Source of the DNA: Dehalococcoidia bacterium
GTDB taxonomy: Bacteria > Chloroflexota > Dehalococcoidia > UBA6926
DNA: 64,000 bases
Direction of reading: 5' to 3'
NCBI GenBank assembly: GCA_965224255.1
Contig: CBDCYO010000005.1
Location: forward strand, 963,223-1,027,222
Each line of letters begins with the position of its first letter. The first letter of the stretch is position 1. Below are positions 46,900 to 56,632 of the stretch, one piece after another. A program made the translations under genes and the position numbers. Below the pieces are notes generated by a model. The model saw only the letters and a program-made list of their open reading frames with translations. It made no database searches and was not told where the DNA came from.

Positions 46900-49722
46900 A
46901 TGGCCATGCCGCAACCAGGTCCGGATGTCGTGCGAGAGGAGGTCTACAACGTTTCCCTTGCGGAATTGCTGCGAGAGAGGGGCGTTCCTGCACGGGCGGA
47001 ACGGCGGGAACAGCGGGGAACTCCAGACGTGCTGGTGCAGCTATCCCGACACGATCAGATTCTCCTTGAGTGCAAATATGAGGGCGGGCGCGCCACCCTA
47101 GAACGCCAACTCGATGAGCGACTGAAGGCCTACCCAGAAAAGCTGGGCATTGTTGGTGTTATCTACCCGGATCGATTTCGCTATGCGGATGATCCGGCGC
47201 AGGCGCTCGCGGACGCCGATGATCTGGAGTGGTGGCTGCACAGTTCCCAGGGCACGTTTCAGGCGCTGAAGCAACCACGCCGTGGCGGCGTGGCGGATTT
47301 GGCAACGCACATCCCCGGCCTCCCACTTGAGATTGAAGGGACCGACCGTGTTATTGCAGCGACGGCCGCGGTGGGATACGCGCTACAACAATCATCCAAG
47401 ACCATTGGCGCCCACGCGCGCATCGCCTCCCGCATCGCGGCGGTCATCACAGAATCGGATCGCGAGACGAACATGTCTGCCGCGCTGCATATTGGCACGC
47501 TTGTCGTATTCAACGCGTTGGCCTTTCAGGACCGTCTGGCGGAAATAAACGGCAACGTCGAAACCGTTGAGGAGTCGCTGGGCGGCAGCGTGTCGAACCT
47601 CCGCGCCGTGTGGAAGCGCATTTGCGATACCATCGACTATGTGCCGGTCTTTGACCTTGCTGAGCGGATTCTGGCGATTCTAGAGGACGCGCCCAGACCC
47701 GTCGCGCAGGACGCCATTACGCCGTTGCACTGGGCCGTGCGGCAGACGCGCACCATGCAAGGCCATGACCTCTCCGGCCGCCTCTTTCACACCCTGCTGA
47801 GTGATGCCAAGTTTACCGGCGCCTACTACACGTCCATCCCCGCGGCCACCATGCTCGCTCACCTGGTCTTCACCAATTGGCCGCGCGGCGCGGACTGGTC
47901 CGACTATGAATGGCCGGGATCCCTGACGATTGCCGATATCGCCTGTGGCACCGGCACTCTGCTCATGGCCGTCGCCCAGGAGGCGGAGCGGCGTCACCTG
48001 CAGGCCGGCGGCACCAATGCCGCCCTGCTTCACAAAACCCTCGTCGAAAAATCCCTCCACGGGTATGACGTGCAACTCTCCGCGATTCACTTCGCCGCCA
48101 CCAGCCTCGCCATGCTCAACCCGCACATTGAGTTCGACCGCATGAACCTGACTGTGATGCCGTATGAGGTTGACGCCGAGACCGTGCATTTGGGCTCGTT
48201 GGACTTCCTGCTTGATGTGGAGTCCGTGCCGGCGCAGTTCGCGCTGTCACCGGAAATCGCCCCCTCCCCCCCCCCAGATATGGGTGGGCAACGCCTTACC
48301 GGTCAAGGTGTAGGGGCACGGGACGAACGGCGCGCCACTCTGCCGACCCTGGACCTCGCCATCATGAACCCGCCGTTTACGCGGGCAAACAACCTCTTTG
48401 GCGGCCAACCTCCGGTTGAGCGCAAGGTGATACAACAGGAACTCGGGAGAAGGCTGCGTTCCAGAGGCGCATCATCGACCGCGGGGCTGGGCTCCGCCTT
48501 CGTGGCCACTGCCATTCCCAAGCTGCGGGAAGGTGAGGGTCGCCTCGCACTCGTCCTGCCCCTGACCGTCTGCACAGGCCCCTCATGGGCGCAAACGCGA
48601 GAGCTTATCGAGCGCGAATTCACCATCGACTACGTCGTCACGTCACACGATCCCCTTCGGCCGAATTTCTCCGATAGCACCGACCTGTCCGAGGCGCTGT
48701 TGGTCGCGACGCGGCGGCGTGGGGACGCATCGGACGATGAGCACCGGATAACGTTCATCAACCTCTGGCACAACCCGGAAGGTGTGTTCGACGCGCAGCA
48801 GGCGATACGCGCAGCGAGTAACACACCTGCTGCGCACATCGAAGGGCGCGGCTCCACGCTCGTCCGAACGAATACTGAGGACGTGGGCGAAGTCTTCTCG
48901 ATGGCGCAAAAAGAACTGGAAGGCCGCAAGTGGTTCGGCGTTCAGTTCGCGCGGGCGGACGTTGCGCGCATCGCGCTGCGGCTCCTGCGCGACGGTGACG
49001 TGTGGATACCCGGCTCGTTGGGCGTCGGCCACGTCGCGATGGCGCCGCTAGCTGAATTAGGAGATTTGGGCCCGGACGGCAGAAGACTGATGGACGGGTT
49101 TACTCGCACCGATTCAGTCACGGCCTATCCGATGGTCGAAGAGCACGACACGGAGTCTCGAAAGACGCTTGGCACGAGTCCAAACAAGTATTTTGTTCCT
49201 CTTCCGGTTCCTAGAGGTGGTCAGCGGCCTGGGTATGGCGACCACCTGTGGCAGCAGGCGGCACAGCTACTACTCGCGGAGCGGCTACGGCTCAATACCG
49301 CGCGCATCGTGAGCATGTACTGCGACCGACGCGTGCTGTCCAACGTTTTTTGGGAGGTAATAACGGAGAACCCTGCGCAGGACATGGCTCTCTGCCTCTG
49401 GCTCAATAGCTCCTTGGGCGTCCTCGGGATCCTTGCAACGAGAAATACCACAATGGCGAGTTGGGCTAAGTTCAAGAAAGCGGATCTTCAGCAGATGCCC
49501 GTGCTTGATGTGCGCACACTGTCTGAGGGGCAGTTGGCGGAGTTGTCCGCGTTGTTTGATGAGATTGCGGAGATGGAGTTTGAGCGTTTGCCGGCCATGG
49601 TGCACTGTCCGGCGCGGCGCGCAGTGGATGACGGCCTCTCACGGATTCTCGGCCTGCCGGATCTGGCGCCCCTGCGTGAGCTGCTCGCCACGGAGCCGGT
49701 GGTCTCCGGCAAGCGCCTGTAG
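46900..49722 (+). CDS. Second fused endonuclease-methyltransferase (Type IIG-like): N-terminal PD-(D/E)xK, gamma-class N6-adenine MTase, C-terminal recognition region
   Basis: ~940 aa. N-terminal TPDVLVQLSRHDQILLECKYE (D ... E-C-K). Motif I IADIACGTGTL. Motif IV LDLAIMNPPFTRAN (NPPF). Contains an in-frame C10 homopolymer at 48266-48275. Start at ATG 46900 just after the gcvP stop. Confidence 0.65.
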   Translation: MAMPQPGPDVVREEVYNVSLAELLRERGVPARAERREQRGTPDVLVQLSRHDQILLECKYEGGRATLERQLDERLKAYPEKLGIVGVIYPDRFRYADDPAQALADADDLEWWLHSSQGTFQALKQPRRGGVADLATHIPGLPLEIEGTDRVIAATAAVGYALQQSSKTIGAHARIASRIAAVITESDRETNMSAALHIGTLVVFNALAFQDRLAEINGNVETVEESLGGSVSNLRAVWKRICDTIDYVPVFDLAERILAILEDAPRPVAQDAITPLHWAVRQTRTMQGHDLSGRLFHTLLSDAKFTGAYYTSIPAATMLAHLVFTNWPRGADWSDYEWPGSLTIADIACGTGTLLMAVAQEAERRHLQAGGTNAALLHKTLVEKSLHGYDVQLSAIHFAATSLAMLNPHIEFDRMNLTVMPYEVDAETVHLGSLDFLLDVESVPAQFALSPEIAPSPPPDMGGQRLTGQGVGARDERRATLPTLDLAIMNPPFTRANNLFGGQPPVERKVIQQELGRRLRSRGASSTAGLGSAFVATAIPKLREGEGRLALVLPLTVCTGPSWAQTRELIEREFTIDYVVTSHDPLRPNFSDSTDLSEALLVATRRRGDASDDEHRITFINLWHNPEGVFDAQQAIRAASNTPAAHIEGRGSTLVRTNTEDVGEVFSMAQKELEGRKWFGVQFARADVARIALRLLRDGDVWIPGSLGVGHVAMAPLAELGDLGPDGRRLMDGFTRTDSVTAYPMVEEHDTESRKTLGTSPNKYFVPLPVPRGGQRPGYGDHLWQQAAQLLLAERLRLNTARIVSMYCDRRVLSNVFWEVITENPAQDMALCLWLNSSLGVLGILATRNTTMASWAKFKKADLQQMPVLDVRTLSEGQLAELSALFDEIAEMEFERLPAMVHCPARRAVDDGLSRILGLPDLAPLRELLATEPVVSGKRL

Positions 49723-49765
49723 CGTTCCCCACGCGTCTATTCGCTCACACAGAACGCCGCCACTC

Positions 49766-49905
49766 CCATGTCATTCTGAACGGAACGTAGCCCCCTCTGT
49801 CATTCTGAACGGAGCGTAGTGGAGTGAAGAATCTAACCCGCCTTTGCCGCAATGAAGACGTAGATTCTTCGCTACGCTCAGAATGACAGGAAGGCGGCTC
49901 AGAAC
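49766..49905. repeat. Composite palindromic repeat, copy C (short-core subtype), immediately after the Type IIG-like gene
   Basis: GTCATTCTGAACGGAACGTAG x2, GTGGAGTGAAGAATCTAAC-CCGCCTTTGCCGCAATGAAGACG-TAGATTCTTCGCTACGCTCAGAATGACAG. Confidence 0.9.
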
Positions 49906-49986
49906 GGCAGGGGGGCCGACCGGTAGAGGAGCGGCGCCGGGCGGCGCGGCAGCATGAACGGGAGCGTAGCGCGAGAGGATGAAAAA

Positions 49987-50484
49987 CTATGATTCGCCGT
50001 AGGGGCGTGGTCCGCCGGCCTGTTCAATCCCATAGATAACGCGGGTTTGGCGGTCAAACGTGGCCTTGACCCACATGCCTTCCTGCATCCAGTCGTAGCC
50101 GCCGCGACGCAGCGGAGTCGGATCGAGGCGATAACGGATACCGCTGATGATGATGACAAAGATGGAATTGTACTGCGGTTGGGACAGGGGCCCCGCGCCT
50201 GAACCCTCGATCTCGATATCCTCAATAGCCATGCGATCGATACGGCCCTCAAGTTCAGCGGGTTCGAGGAGTGGCGGGGCCGGTAGAGGGATGGGCGGGC
50301 GGTCCGGCTGCGTCTTTCGAAAGAGGACAATCAGCCCGATGGCAAACGCTATGGGCAGGCCAATGAGCAACATGATATAGAGTTGCCCGGCAAGGACCAG
50401 GACGAAGAACGCGACGATGACAACGGTCGCAAATACCCAGGATCCAAATGTCCGCTGCACCTTAACGATCCCCCGGACGCACAC
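49987..50484 (-). CDS. Hypothetical membrane protein (two TM helices)
   Basis: 165 aa with two adjacent hydrophobic helices and a Pro-rich linker; no family recognised. Confidence 0.45.
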   Translation of the reverse strand: MCVRGIVKVQRTFGSWVFATVVIVAFFVLVLAGQLYIMLLIGLPIAFAIGLIVLFRKTQPDRPPIPLPAPPLLEPAELEGRIDRMAIEDIEIEGSGAGPLSQPQYNSIFVIIISGIRYRLDPTPLRRGGYDWMQEGMWVKATFDRQTRVIYGIEQAGGPRPYGES

Positions 50485-50528
50485 CGCGGACCACCCATGC
50501 GGGGCATGGCCACGCTATAGTTGCACCT

Positions 50529-51782
50529 ATGGTTGACTCCGGCGGCGCCGTGGGGCCAGTTCGCGCGGCACCCGCGTATCGATTCATCATCTACGCACTC
50601 GTTGCTCTCATGAACTTCACGCTGGGCGTCACGTTCCTTGGCCCAGCCTCCGTCCTCCCACTCATCACTGACGCGTACGATCTGACGCGATCCGCGGGGG
50701 GATTCGTCGTCACAAGCGTCACCCTGATCTTCACCATCGCGAGTCTCCCCGCAGCAATCATTGTTGCACGGTGGAACATCCGCGCAGTGTACGGCATCGG
50801 CTGGGCCGTGATGGGGTTCTCCGCTGTTACACCATTCGTTGAGGGTTTCTGGGCACTCATCGGCATCCGCGCCCTGCAGGGGCTTGGCGCGTCCGTCCTG
50901 ACGCCACTGGCTGCGGCGATCATCATGCGATGGGCGCCGCAGCGTGAGGTGCCCATTGTCAACGCAATCACCCTGGCCTCTCTCACAGTCGGGCTTGGCG
51001 TGGCGCAGAATCTGGGGCCCGTTCTCGCGAACTGGTTCGGATGGGAATGGGCCATCGGGATCGAGGGGCTAATCACACTGGCCGGCGCAGTGCTCTTCGT
51101 CGTTCTCTGGCGAGAACGCAAGACGCGCGGCGAGCCGGTATCAGAGCCCGTGACGATGGCAGCCATCATGACCGTCTTCCGCCGTCGCGAAACATGGCTG
51201 CTGGCATTTGCCGTGATCGGCCCGTGGGCGCAGTTCATCACACTGAGTGCGTGGCTGCCGACGTATTACGAGGAGGTGCGCGGGCTGAGCCTGGAGGTGG
51301 CGGGATTCACGGCGGCGGTCTTTGCCTTTGCAGGGATACCGGCAAACATTGTGGGAGGGCTGATTGCGACACGGACGGGCCGCAGACGTCCCATTCTGAT
51401 GTGGTCAGGAATGCTCATCGGCGCGGCAGGGATGACCGCCGTCTTTGCGCCCGCGGGGCTGTTGCTCTATCTGGCCGTGATCGCAGCCGGATTCCTTCAG
51501 TGGGTGTACGAACCTTCATTGTTCACAGTGCCGATTGAGCTGCCAGGCTCATCGCCGGAGCGGGCGGGTGCCATTTGGGCGGCCATCCTCACGGCAGGTA
51601 ATGCCTCCAGCTTCATCGCGCCGATTCTCGCCGGGGCGATCACAGACGTGACAGGCAGTTTCATCCCCGGCTTCACAGCGATCGCAGCGCTGTCATTCAC
51701 CATGTTCGTTGCGACCCTCTTCCTGCCGGAGACGGGGCCAGGACGGCTGAACGCGCCACGGCGTTCACACGCTGAGAACTGA
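50529..51782 (+). CDS. MFS-family transporter
   Basis: 417 aa, ~12 TM segments, two-fold internal symmetry typical of MFS. Confidence 0.8.
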   Translation: MVDSGGAVGPVRAAPAYRFIIYALVALMNFTLGVTFLGPASVLPLITDAYDLTRSAGGFVVTSVTLIFTIASLPAAIIVARWNIRAVYGIGWAVMGFSAVTPFVEGFWALIGIRALQGLGASVLTPLAAAIIMRWAPQREVPIVNAITLASLTVGLGVAQNLGPVLANWFGWEWAIGIEGLITLAGAVLFVVLWRERKTRGEPVSEPVTMAAIMTVFRRRETWLLAFAVIGPWAQFITLSAWLPTYYEEVRGLSLEVAGFTAAVFAFAGIPANIVGGLIATRTGRRRPILMWSGMLIGAAGMTAVFAPAGLLLYLAVIAAGFLQWVYEPSLFTVPIELPGSSPERAGAIWAAILTAGNASSFIAPILAGAITDVTGSFIPGFTAIAALSFTMFVATLFLPETGPGRLNAPRRSHAEN

Positions 51783-51814
51783 CTGGGCACAGTGCTACAC
51801 TACACACGTTCAGA

Positions 51815-52516
51815 TTGCAGGTGCCACCGAATGCCCGTGGGGTTCATTACATGACGTCATCGTCACGTTCCGCGTTGCCGGGCCCGACGCCCGCCGCGCG
51901 ACGCTATTTTCAGCAGTTCCTCGGCGAACCGGCCGCGCTGTCAGCCGATGATTTGCGCATCGTCTCCGCCATTGAGCCATTGGACAAGAGCGCGCTTCTG
52001 GAACTGGGCACGGCAGTGTACGTGGCCATTAGTTCAGGCAACGAGACACCCCCCCCTGACGACGCATTGGCGACCGTGCCGGTGAGCCTAGATGGCACAG
52101 GGCTCCGCACCGCTCTCTATGTCACACTTGTCACCGCCGCTGCCCGGGAGTTGGACATTGAGACCCCACTGGAAGCGCGAGCGGCCCAGGGTGTCGCCAT
52201 CGAGGGCACTGTCCTGCCCCGCCTTGGGCACGACCACCTCGTACTCGTTGCGCGATTCTCACTGGACACACTCCAGGCGCCCAAACCACCCGACACGTTC
52301 CAAGGGCTTGTCGATCTCACAGTCGAACGGCTGTCATCGCTGGTCGAGTTGGCCTCGCAGGCAATGATGGGCGCGGACGTGGATCCGTTTGAGACGTTCG
52401 AGCACCGTGACTGTGAGAAATGCGGACACCTGCTTCAACTGCATGTCGGCTTTGAAAGCTGGGAGGACGTGCAGGCCGAGCACGACGCCTGGTGCCCAGG
52501 GCATCGCGAGGCCTGA
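51815..52516 (+). CDS. Hypothetical protein with C-terminal Cys/His cluster
   Basis: 233-aa ORF; C-terminal HRDCEKCGH ... H ... H ... WCPGH. Contains a C8 homopolymer (52049-52056) in frame. Start could be the internal ATG at 51851. Confidence 0.45.
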   Translation: MQVPPNARGVHYMTSSSRSALPGPTPAARRYFQQFLGEPAALSADDLRIVSAIEPLDKSALLELGTAVYVAISSGNETPPPDDALATVPVSLDGTGLRTALYVTLVTAAARELDIETPLEARAAQGVAIEGTVLPRLGHDHLVLVARFSLDTLQAPKPPDTFQGLVDLTVERLSSLVELASQAMMGADVDPFETFEHRDCEKCGHLLQLHVGFESWEDVQAEHDAWCPGHREA

Positions 52517-52539
52517 CGGCTGCCACGGAATACGCTGCG

Positions 52540-52977
52540 CCAATGGTTGAACCCTCCACGATCCGCGTCACCGCCCTTCTCCTGGGGCAGGACTCCTTTC
52601 GTGATGAGCGTGGTCGGGCGCACGTTATCGGCATCTTTGACACCGTCGGCTCTCAGCAGTTTCCGATGGCTTTCCAATTCTCCATCTACTGCCGGCTTCA
52701 CGGGGAGGGTTCACATGAGCTGCTATTGCGTGTCCTGGATCCACAGGGGATGGAGATTGTCCGCAGTGAGCCCATCACGGCACATTTGCTACCAATCCAA
52801 GGGCATCAGTTCTTCATGAGCATTGGCATCCAGGCGGAGAGCGACGGACTCTTTCTGGTGCAGGCAGTCGTGGACGGGCGCGTTGAGCAGGAGGCGCCGT
52901 TGCTGATCGAGCCCGGGCAGGATGAATGGCACCAGGGTCACGAGCCGTTGTCGCTCGGCGCCCCACCGCTGAGCTAA
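52540..52977 (+). CDS. Hypothetical protein (145 aa)
   Basis: ORF with typical codon usage; start placed at MVEPSTIRV; no family recognised. Confidence 0.4.
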   Translation, partial: PMVEPSTIRVTALLLGQDSFRDERGRAHVIGIFDTVGSQQFPMAFQFSIYCRLHGEGSHELLLRVLDPQGMEIVRSEPITAHLLPIQGHQFFMSIGIQAESDGLFLVQAVVDGRVEQEAPLLIEPGQDEWHQGHEPLSLGAPPLS

Positions 52978-52992
52978 CCTCAGCACCCGCCC

Positions 52993-54987
52993 ATGATCGG
53001 TATCGACACCGGCGGCACATTCACTGACCTCATACGCCTCGAACCGGATGGCTCAGTCCGGATGATCAAGACGCCATCCACTCCCGTCGATCCGGCCCAG
53101 TCCTTTCTCCAGGCCCTGGCTGATCTCTCCAGCATCGCTCCGGACGAGGATATTGTGCATGGCTGCACTGTCGGCACGAATGCGGTACTGGAGCATCGCG
53201 GCGCGCGGACCGCGCTTGTCACGACACGTGGCATGGCGGACGTGATCGAGATCGGCAGACAGTCCCGCAACGATCTCTATAGCCTCACCGTCAGTCGCCC
53301 CATCCCACTCGTTCCGCGCGAGTTGCGCTTTGAAGTGGATGAGCGGGTGACGGCAGATGGGAGAGTAGTGCGGGCGCCAGACGATGCTGACCTGGACGCG
53401 CTCGCAGAGAAAATCATGGCGGCGGCCGTGGATTCCATCGCCATCGTCCTTCTCTTTTCTTTCCTGCGCCCCGAACATGAGCGGCGCGTGAGAGATGCGT
53501 TGCAGCGGCAGCTTCCCGCTGATATCCCCATCTCGATCTCATACGACATCGTGCCGGAGTTTCGAGAGTTCGAGCGGACGACGACGACCGTCCTCAACAC
53601 GTATGTCTCGCCCATCATGCGCACGTACCTGTCCCGCATCGACGCGTCTGCGCCCAGCGCACTACGCATCATGTCATCGGTTGGCGGGAGTATGACAATC
53701 GGCCAGGCGCGTGCGTTCCCCGTTCAGACGCTATTGAGCGGACCGGCGGGAGGCGTTGTCGGCGCGTTCACGGTGGCGCACAGAGCGGGATTTGATCGGA
53801 TCATCACACTCGATATGGGCGGAACGTCCACGGATGTTTCGTTGTGTGATGGCGGCATTCAGCGCACGTCTGAGGGAAGCATCGGCGGCTATCCAATTCG
53901 TGTACCGATCATAGATATTCACACCATTGGCGCGGGCGGTGGTTCGCTCGCGGCAGTGGATGCGGGCGGCGCGCTGACAGTCGGGCCACAATCCGCCGGC
54001 GCAGACCCCGGGCCGGCGGCATACGGGCGCGGCGGCGGACCCACGGTGACGGACGCGAACATCGTACTTGGCAGACTACCTGCGGATAGGCCCCTTGCCG
54101 GTCAACTGCGTTTGGACGGTGAGGCAGCAACGACGGCTTTGGCACGCATCGGAGCAGAACTGCGCCTACCTATCGGTCAGGCAGCGCTGGGACTCGTACG
54201 TGTCACCAACGCGAACATGGAGCAGGCGCTGCGTGTCGTATCTCTGGAACGCGGCCATGACCCACGGGATTTCTCACTCGTTGCCTTCGGTGGAGCAGGG
54301 CCGCTTCACGCGTGCGAACTCGCGGACGGGCTCGGAATTCGACGCATCCTCATCCCCCCACTCCCCGGTGCCCTCTCAGCATGGGGCATGGTGAACGTCG
54401 ACATCACGCGTGACTATTCACGCACAGTCATGCTGAAGATGGAATCCGTGCCGCCAGACGAGCGGTCTCGCGTGCTGAGTGAACTGGAGGCTGACGCACG
54501 GCAGGATTTGCGCGACGCGGGCCTGCGCGTGGACAGTGCCACGTTCACGGCCTCGGCAGATCTCCGCTATCGCGGGCAGGGCTACGAGTTGTCCATTCCT
54601 CTGGAGGCTGAGGACGGACTTACACTGCAAGAGCGGTTCCACGCCGAGCATCAGCGTCGGTTTGACTTCAGCCATCCTGGTTGGCCGACTGAGCTTGTTA
54701 CATTGCGCCTTCACGCCACCATCCCTGTCCCTCACCCACAGGGTGCCACAGAGTCACAGGACGGTGACCCAGATGCGGGTCACGCATTGGTTGGGGAAAC
54801 AACGCTCGTGACAGACAGTGGGAGCATCCCGGCGCGCCTCTACGATCGGGAGGCGTTGTTGGCAGGTAATCACGTCGTCGGACCTGCCATCCTGGCGCAA
54901 ACAGACTCGACGACATATCTGCCACCGGGATGGGCCGCCCGCGTTGATTCCCACCTCAACCTCATTTTGGAGCGTGAGTCGGAATGA
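52993..54987 (+). CDS. hyuA: Hydantoinase A / N-methylhydantoinase A (HyuA family, ATP-hydrolysing)
   Basis: MIGIDTGGTFTDL N-terminal ATPase motif and DMGGTSTDV motif of the hydantoinase/oxoprolinase A family. Confidence 0.85.
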   Translation: MIGIDTGGTFTDLIRLEPDGSVRMIKTPSTPVDPAQSFLQALADLSSIAPDEDIVHGCTVGTNAVLEHRGARTALVTTRGMADVIEIGRQSRNDLYSLTVSRPIPLVPRELRFEVDERVTADGRVVRAPDDADLDALAEKIMAAAVDSIAIVLLFSFLRPEHERRVRDALQRQLPADIPISISYDIVPEFREFERTTTTVLNTYVSPIMRTYLSRIDASAPSALRIMSSVGGSMTIGQARAFPVQTLLSGPAGGVVGAFTVAHRAGFDRIITLDMGGTSTDVSLCDGGIQRTSEGSIGGYPIRVPIIDIHTIGAGGGSLAAVDAGGALTVGPQSAGADPGPAAYGRGGGPTVTDANIVLGRLPADRPLAGQLRLDGEAATTALARIGAELRLPIGQAALGLVRVTNANMEQALRVVSLERGHDPRDFSLVAFGGAGPLHACELADGLGIRRILIPPLPGALSAWGMVNVDITRDYSRTVMLKMESVPPDERSRVLSELEADARQDLRDAGLRVDSATFTASADLRYRGQGYELSIPLEAEDGLTLQERFHAEHQRRFDFSHPGWPTELVTLRLHATIPVPHPQGATESQDGDPDAGHALVGETTLVTDSGSIPARLYDREALLAGNHVVGPAILAQTDSTTYLPPGWAARVDSHLNLILERESE

Positions 54988-56624
54988 GCGTGGACGCAAT
55001 ATCCCTGGAGGTCTTTCGCCGTCTCTTCGCGTCGATTGCGGAAGAGATGGGGGCTGTGTTAGGACGCACGGCGTGGTCACCCAACATCAAGGAGCGGCGC
55101 GATTTCTCCTGCGCTGTGTTCACTACTGCCGGTCACATCCTGGCGCAAGCTGAGCATATCCCCGTGCACCTGGGAGCGATGCCCGCCTCTGTTCAGGCCG
55201 CGATCACACAGTTCGATTCCTTCGCACCGGGCGATCTCATCGCCCTCAATGATCCTTACCTTGGTGGCACACACCTGCCAGACCTGACCCTGATTTCACC
55301 CGTGTTTGTTCCCATTCATGACCAGCATGGCGAATCGGATGACCTTGCCGGATTTGTGGCGACGCGGGCGCACCATGCGGACATCGGCGGCATTGCCCCC
55401 GGCTCAATGCCCACCTCAACCTCCCTATACCAAGAGGGGTTCATCATTCCTCCAATCAGGCTTGCACGAGCGGGTGTGCTCAATGAGGAGGTCATAGATG
55501 TCTTCATGCGTAACGTCCGTACGCCTGAGGAACGACGCGGCGATCTTGCCGCGCAGATCGCAGCCAATCGCATCGGGGAGGGGCGATATCACCACCTCAT
55601 CACGCGCTATGGGTGGGAGGTTGTGCAGGAACATGGGAGTGCGCTCATCGCCTATGCTGAGCGGTTCGTGCGGAGTGCCTTGCGGGAGATTCCCGCCGGG
55701 CACTACACATTCGAAGATGATATGGAGCCTCTGACGCCAGGGGCAGAGCGCCCGCGTATCGTAGTCACGGTGACGAGCGATGGTGCGGGCACGCTGACCG
55801 TTGATTTCACCGGCACCTCACCGGAGCAGCCGCTGAGCAACATCAACGCCGTTCGGGCTGTGACGGTCTCTGCCGTGCACTACTGCGTCCGATGCCTGGC
55901 GGGGGAGCGCGCGCCAGCGAACCACGGCGCGTTTGCATCGGTTGAGGTCATCACGCCTGAGGGCTCACTGGTGAATCCGCGCCCGCCCAGCGCAGTTGCG
56001 GCCGGTAACGTCGAAACGTCCCAACGCATCGTGGATGCGGTCTTTGGTGCACTCGCTCCGGCTCTGCCGGACAGAATCCCCGCCGCGAGCCAGGGGACGA
56101 TGAACAACATCACCATCGGCGGAGTGGATCCGCGCACGAATGAGCCCTTCGCCTACTACGAAACGCTGGCAGGGGGCGTCGGCGCCAGCCCCGATGGTCA
56201 CGGCGAATCCGCCATTCACAGCCATATGACCAACACACTGAACACGCCCATTGAGGCTCTTGAATTTCAATACCCGTTCCGCGTGCTGGAATACAGCGTT
56301 CGGCGCAACTCCGGCGGGGCCGGCCATTTCCACGGCGGCGACGGCCTCATCCGCACCGTGGAGTTCCTGGGCGACGCAACGGTATCGCTTCTGACGCAGC
56401 GGCGTTCCCGCGGTGCATGGGGACTTTTCGGCGGCCGGGACGGCGCACCGGGCAAGAACATTCTGCGTCGACGAAATGGGCATATCGAGGAAACCCTGCC
56501 ACCAAACATCACCGTTGACGTGCACCATGGCGACAGACTTACCATTGAGACCCCCGGCGGCGGCGGTTGGGGCACTCCAGAAACACACGCGGGCGAGACG
56601 AGCAAAGAGGAGACGAAGCCCTGA
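54984..56624 (+). CDS. hyuB: Hydantoinase B / N-methylhydantoinase B (HyuB family)
   Basis: Start overlaps the hyuA stop (ATGA). LEVFRRLFASIAEEMG N-terminus and downstream HyuB-typical regions. Confidence 0.85.
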   Translation: MSVDAISLEVFRRLFASIAEEMGAVLGRTAWSPNIKERRDFSCAVFTTAGHILAQAEHIPVHLGAMPASVQAAITQFDSFAPGDLIALNDPYLGGTHLPDLTLISPVFVPIHDQHGESDDLAGFVATRAHHADIGGIAPGSMPTSTSLYQEGFIIPPIRLARAGVLNEEVIDVFMRNVRTPEERRGDLAAQIAANRIGEGRYHHLITRYGWEVVQEHGSALIAYAERFVRSALREIPAGHYTFEDDMEPLTPGAERPRIVVTVTSDGAGTLTVDFTGTSPEQPLSNINAVRAVTVSAVHYCVRCLAGERAPANHGAFASVEVITPEGSLVNPRPPSAVAAGNVETSQRIVDAVFGALAPALPDRIPAASQGTMNNITIGGVDPRTNEPFAYYETLAGGVGASPDGHGESAIHSHMTNTLNTPIEALEFQYPFRVLEYSVRRNSGGAGHFHGGDGLIRTVEFLGDATVSLLTQRRSRGAWGLFGGRDGAPGKNILRRRNGHIEETLPPNITVDVHHGDRLTIETPGGGGWGTPETHAGETSKEETKP

Positions 56625-56632
56625 CCATCCGG

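Noticed and set aside
56567-56632. Longer start for the TlpA-like gene (track ORF begins at 56567, overlapping hyuB)
   Set aside because: The first 22 codons overlap the hyuB 3' end and precede the lipoprotein signal. ATG 56633 directly after the hyuB stop gives a canonical signal peptide with lipobox LAVGC.
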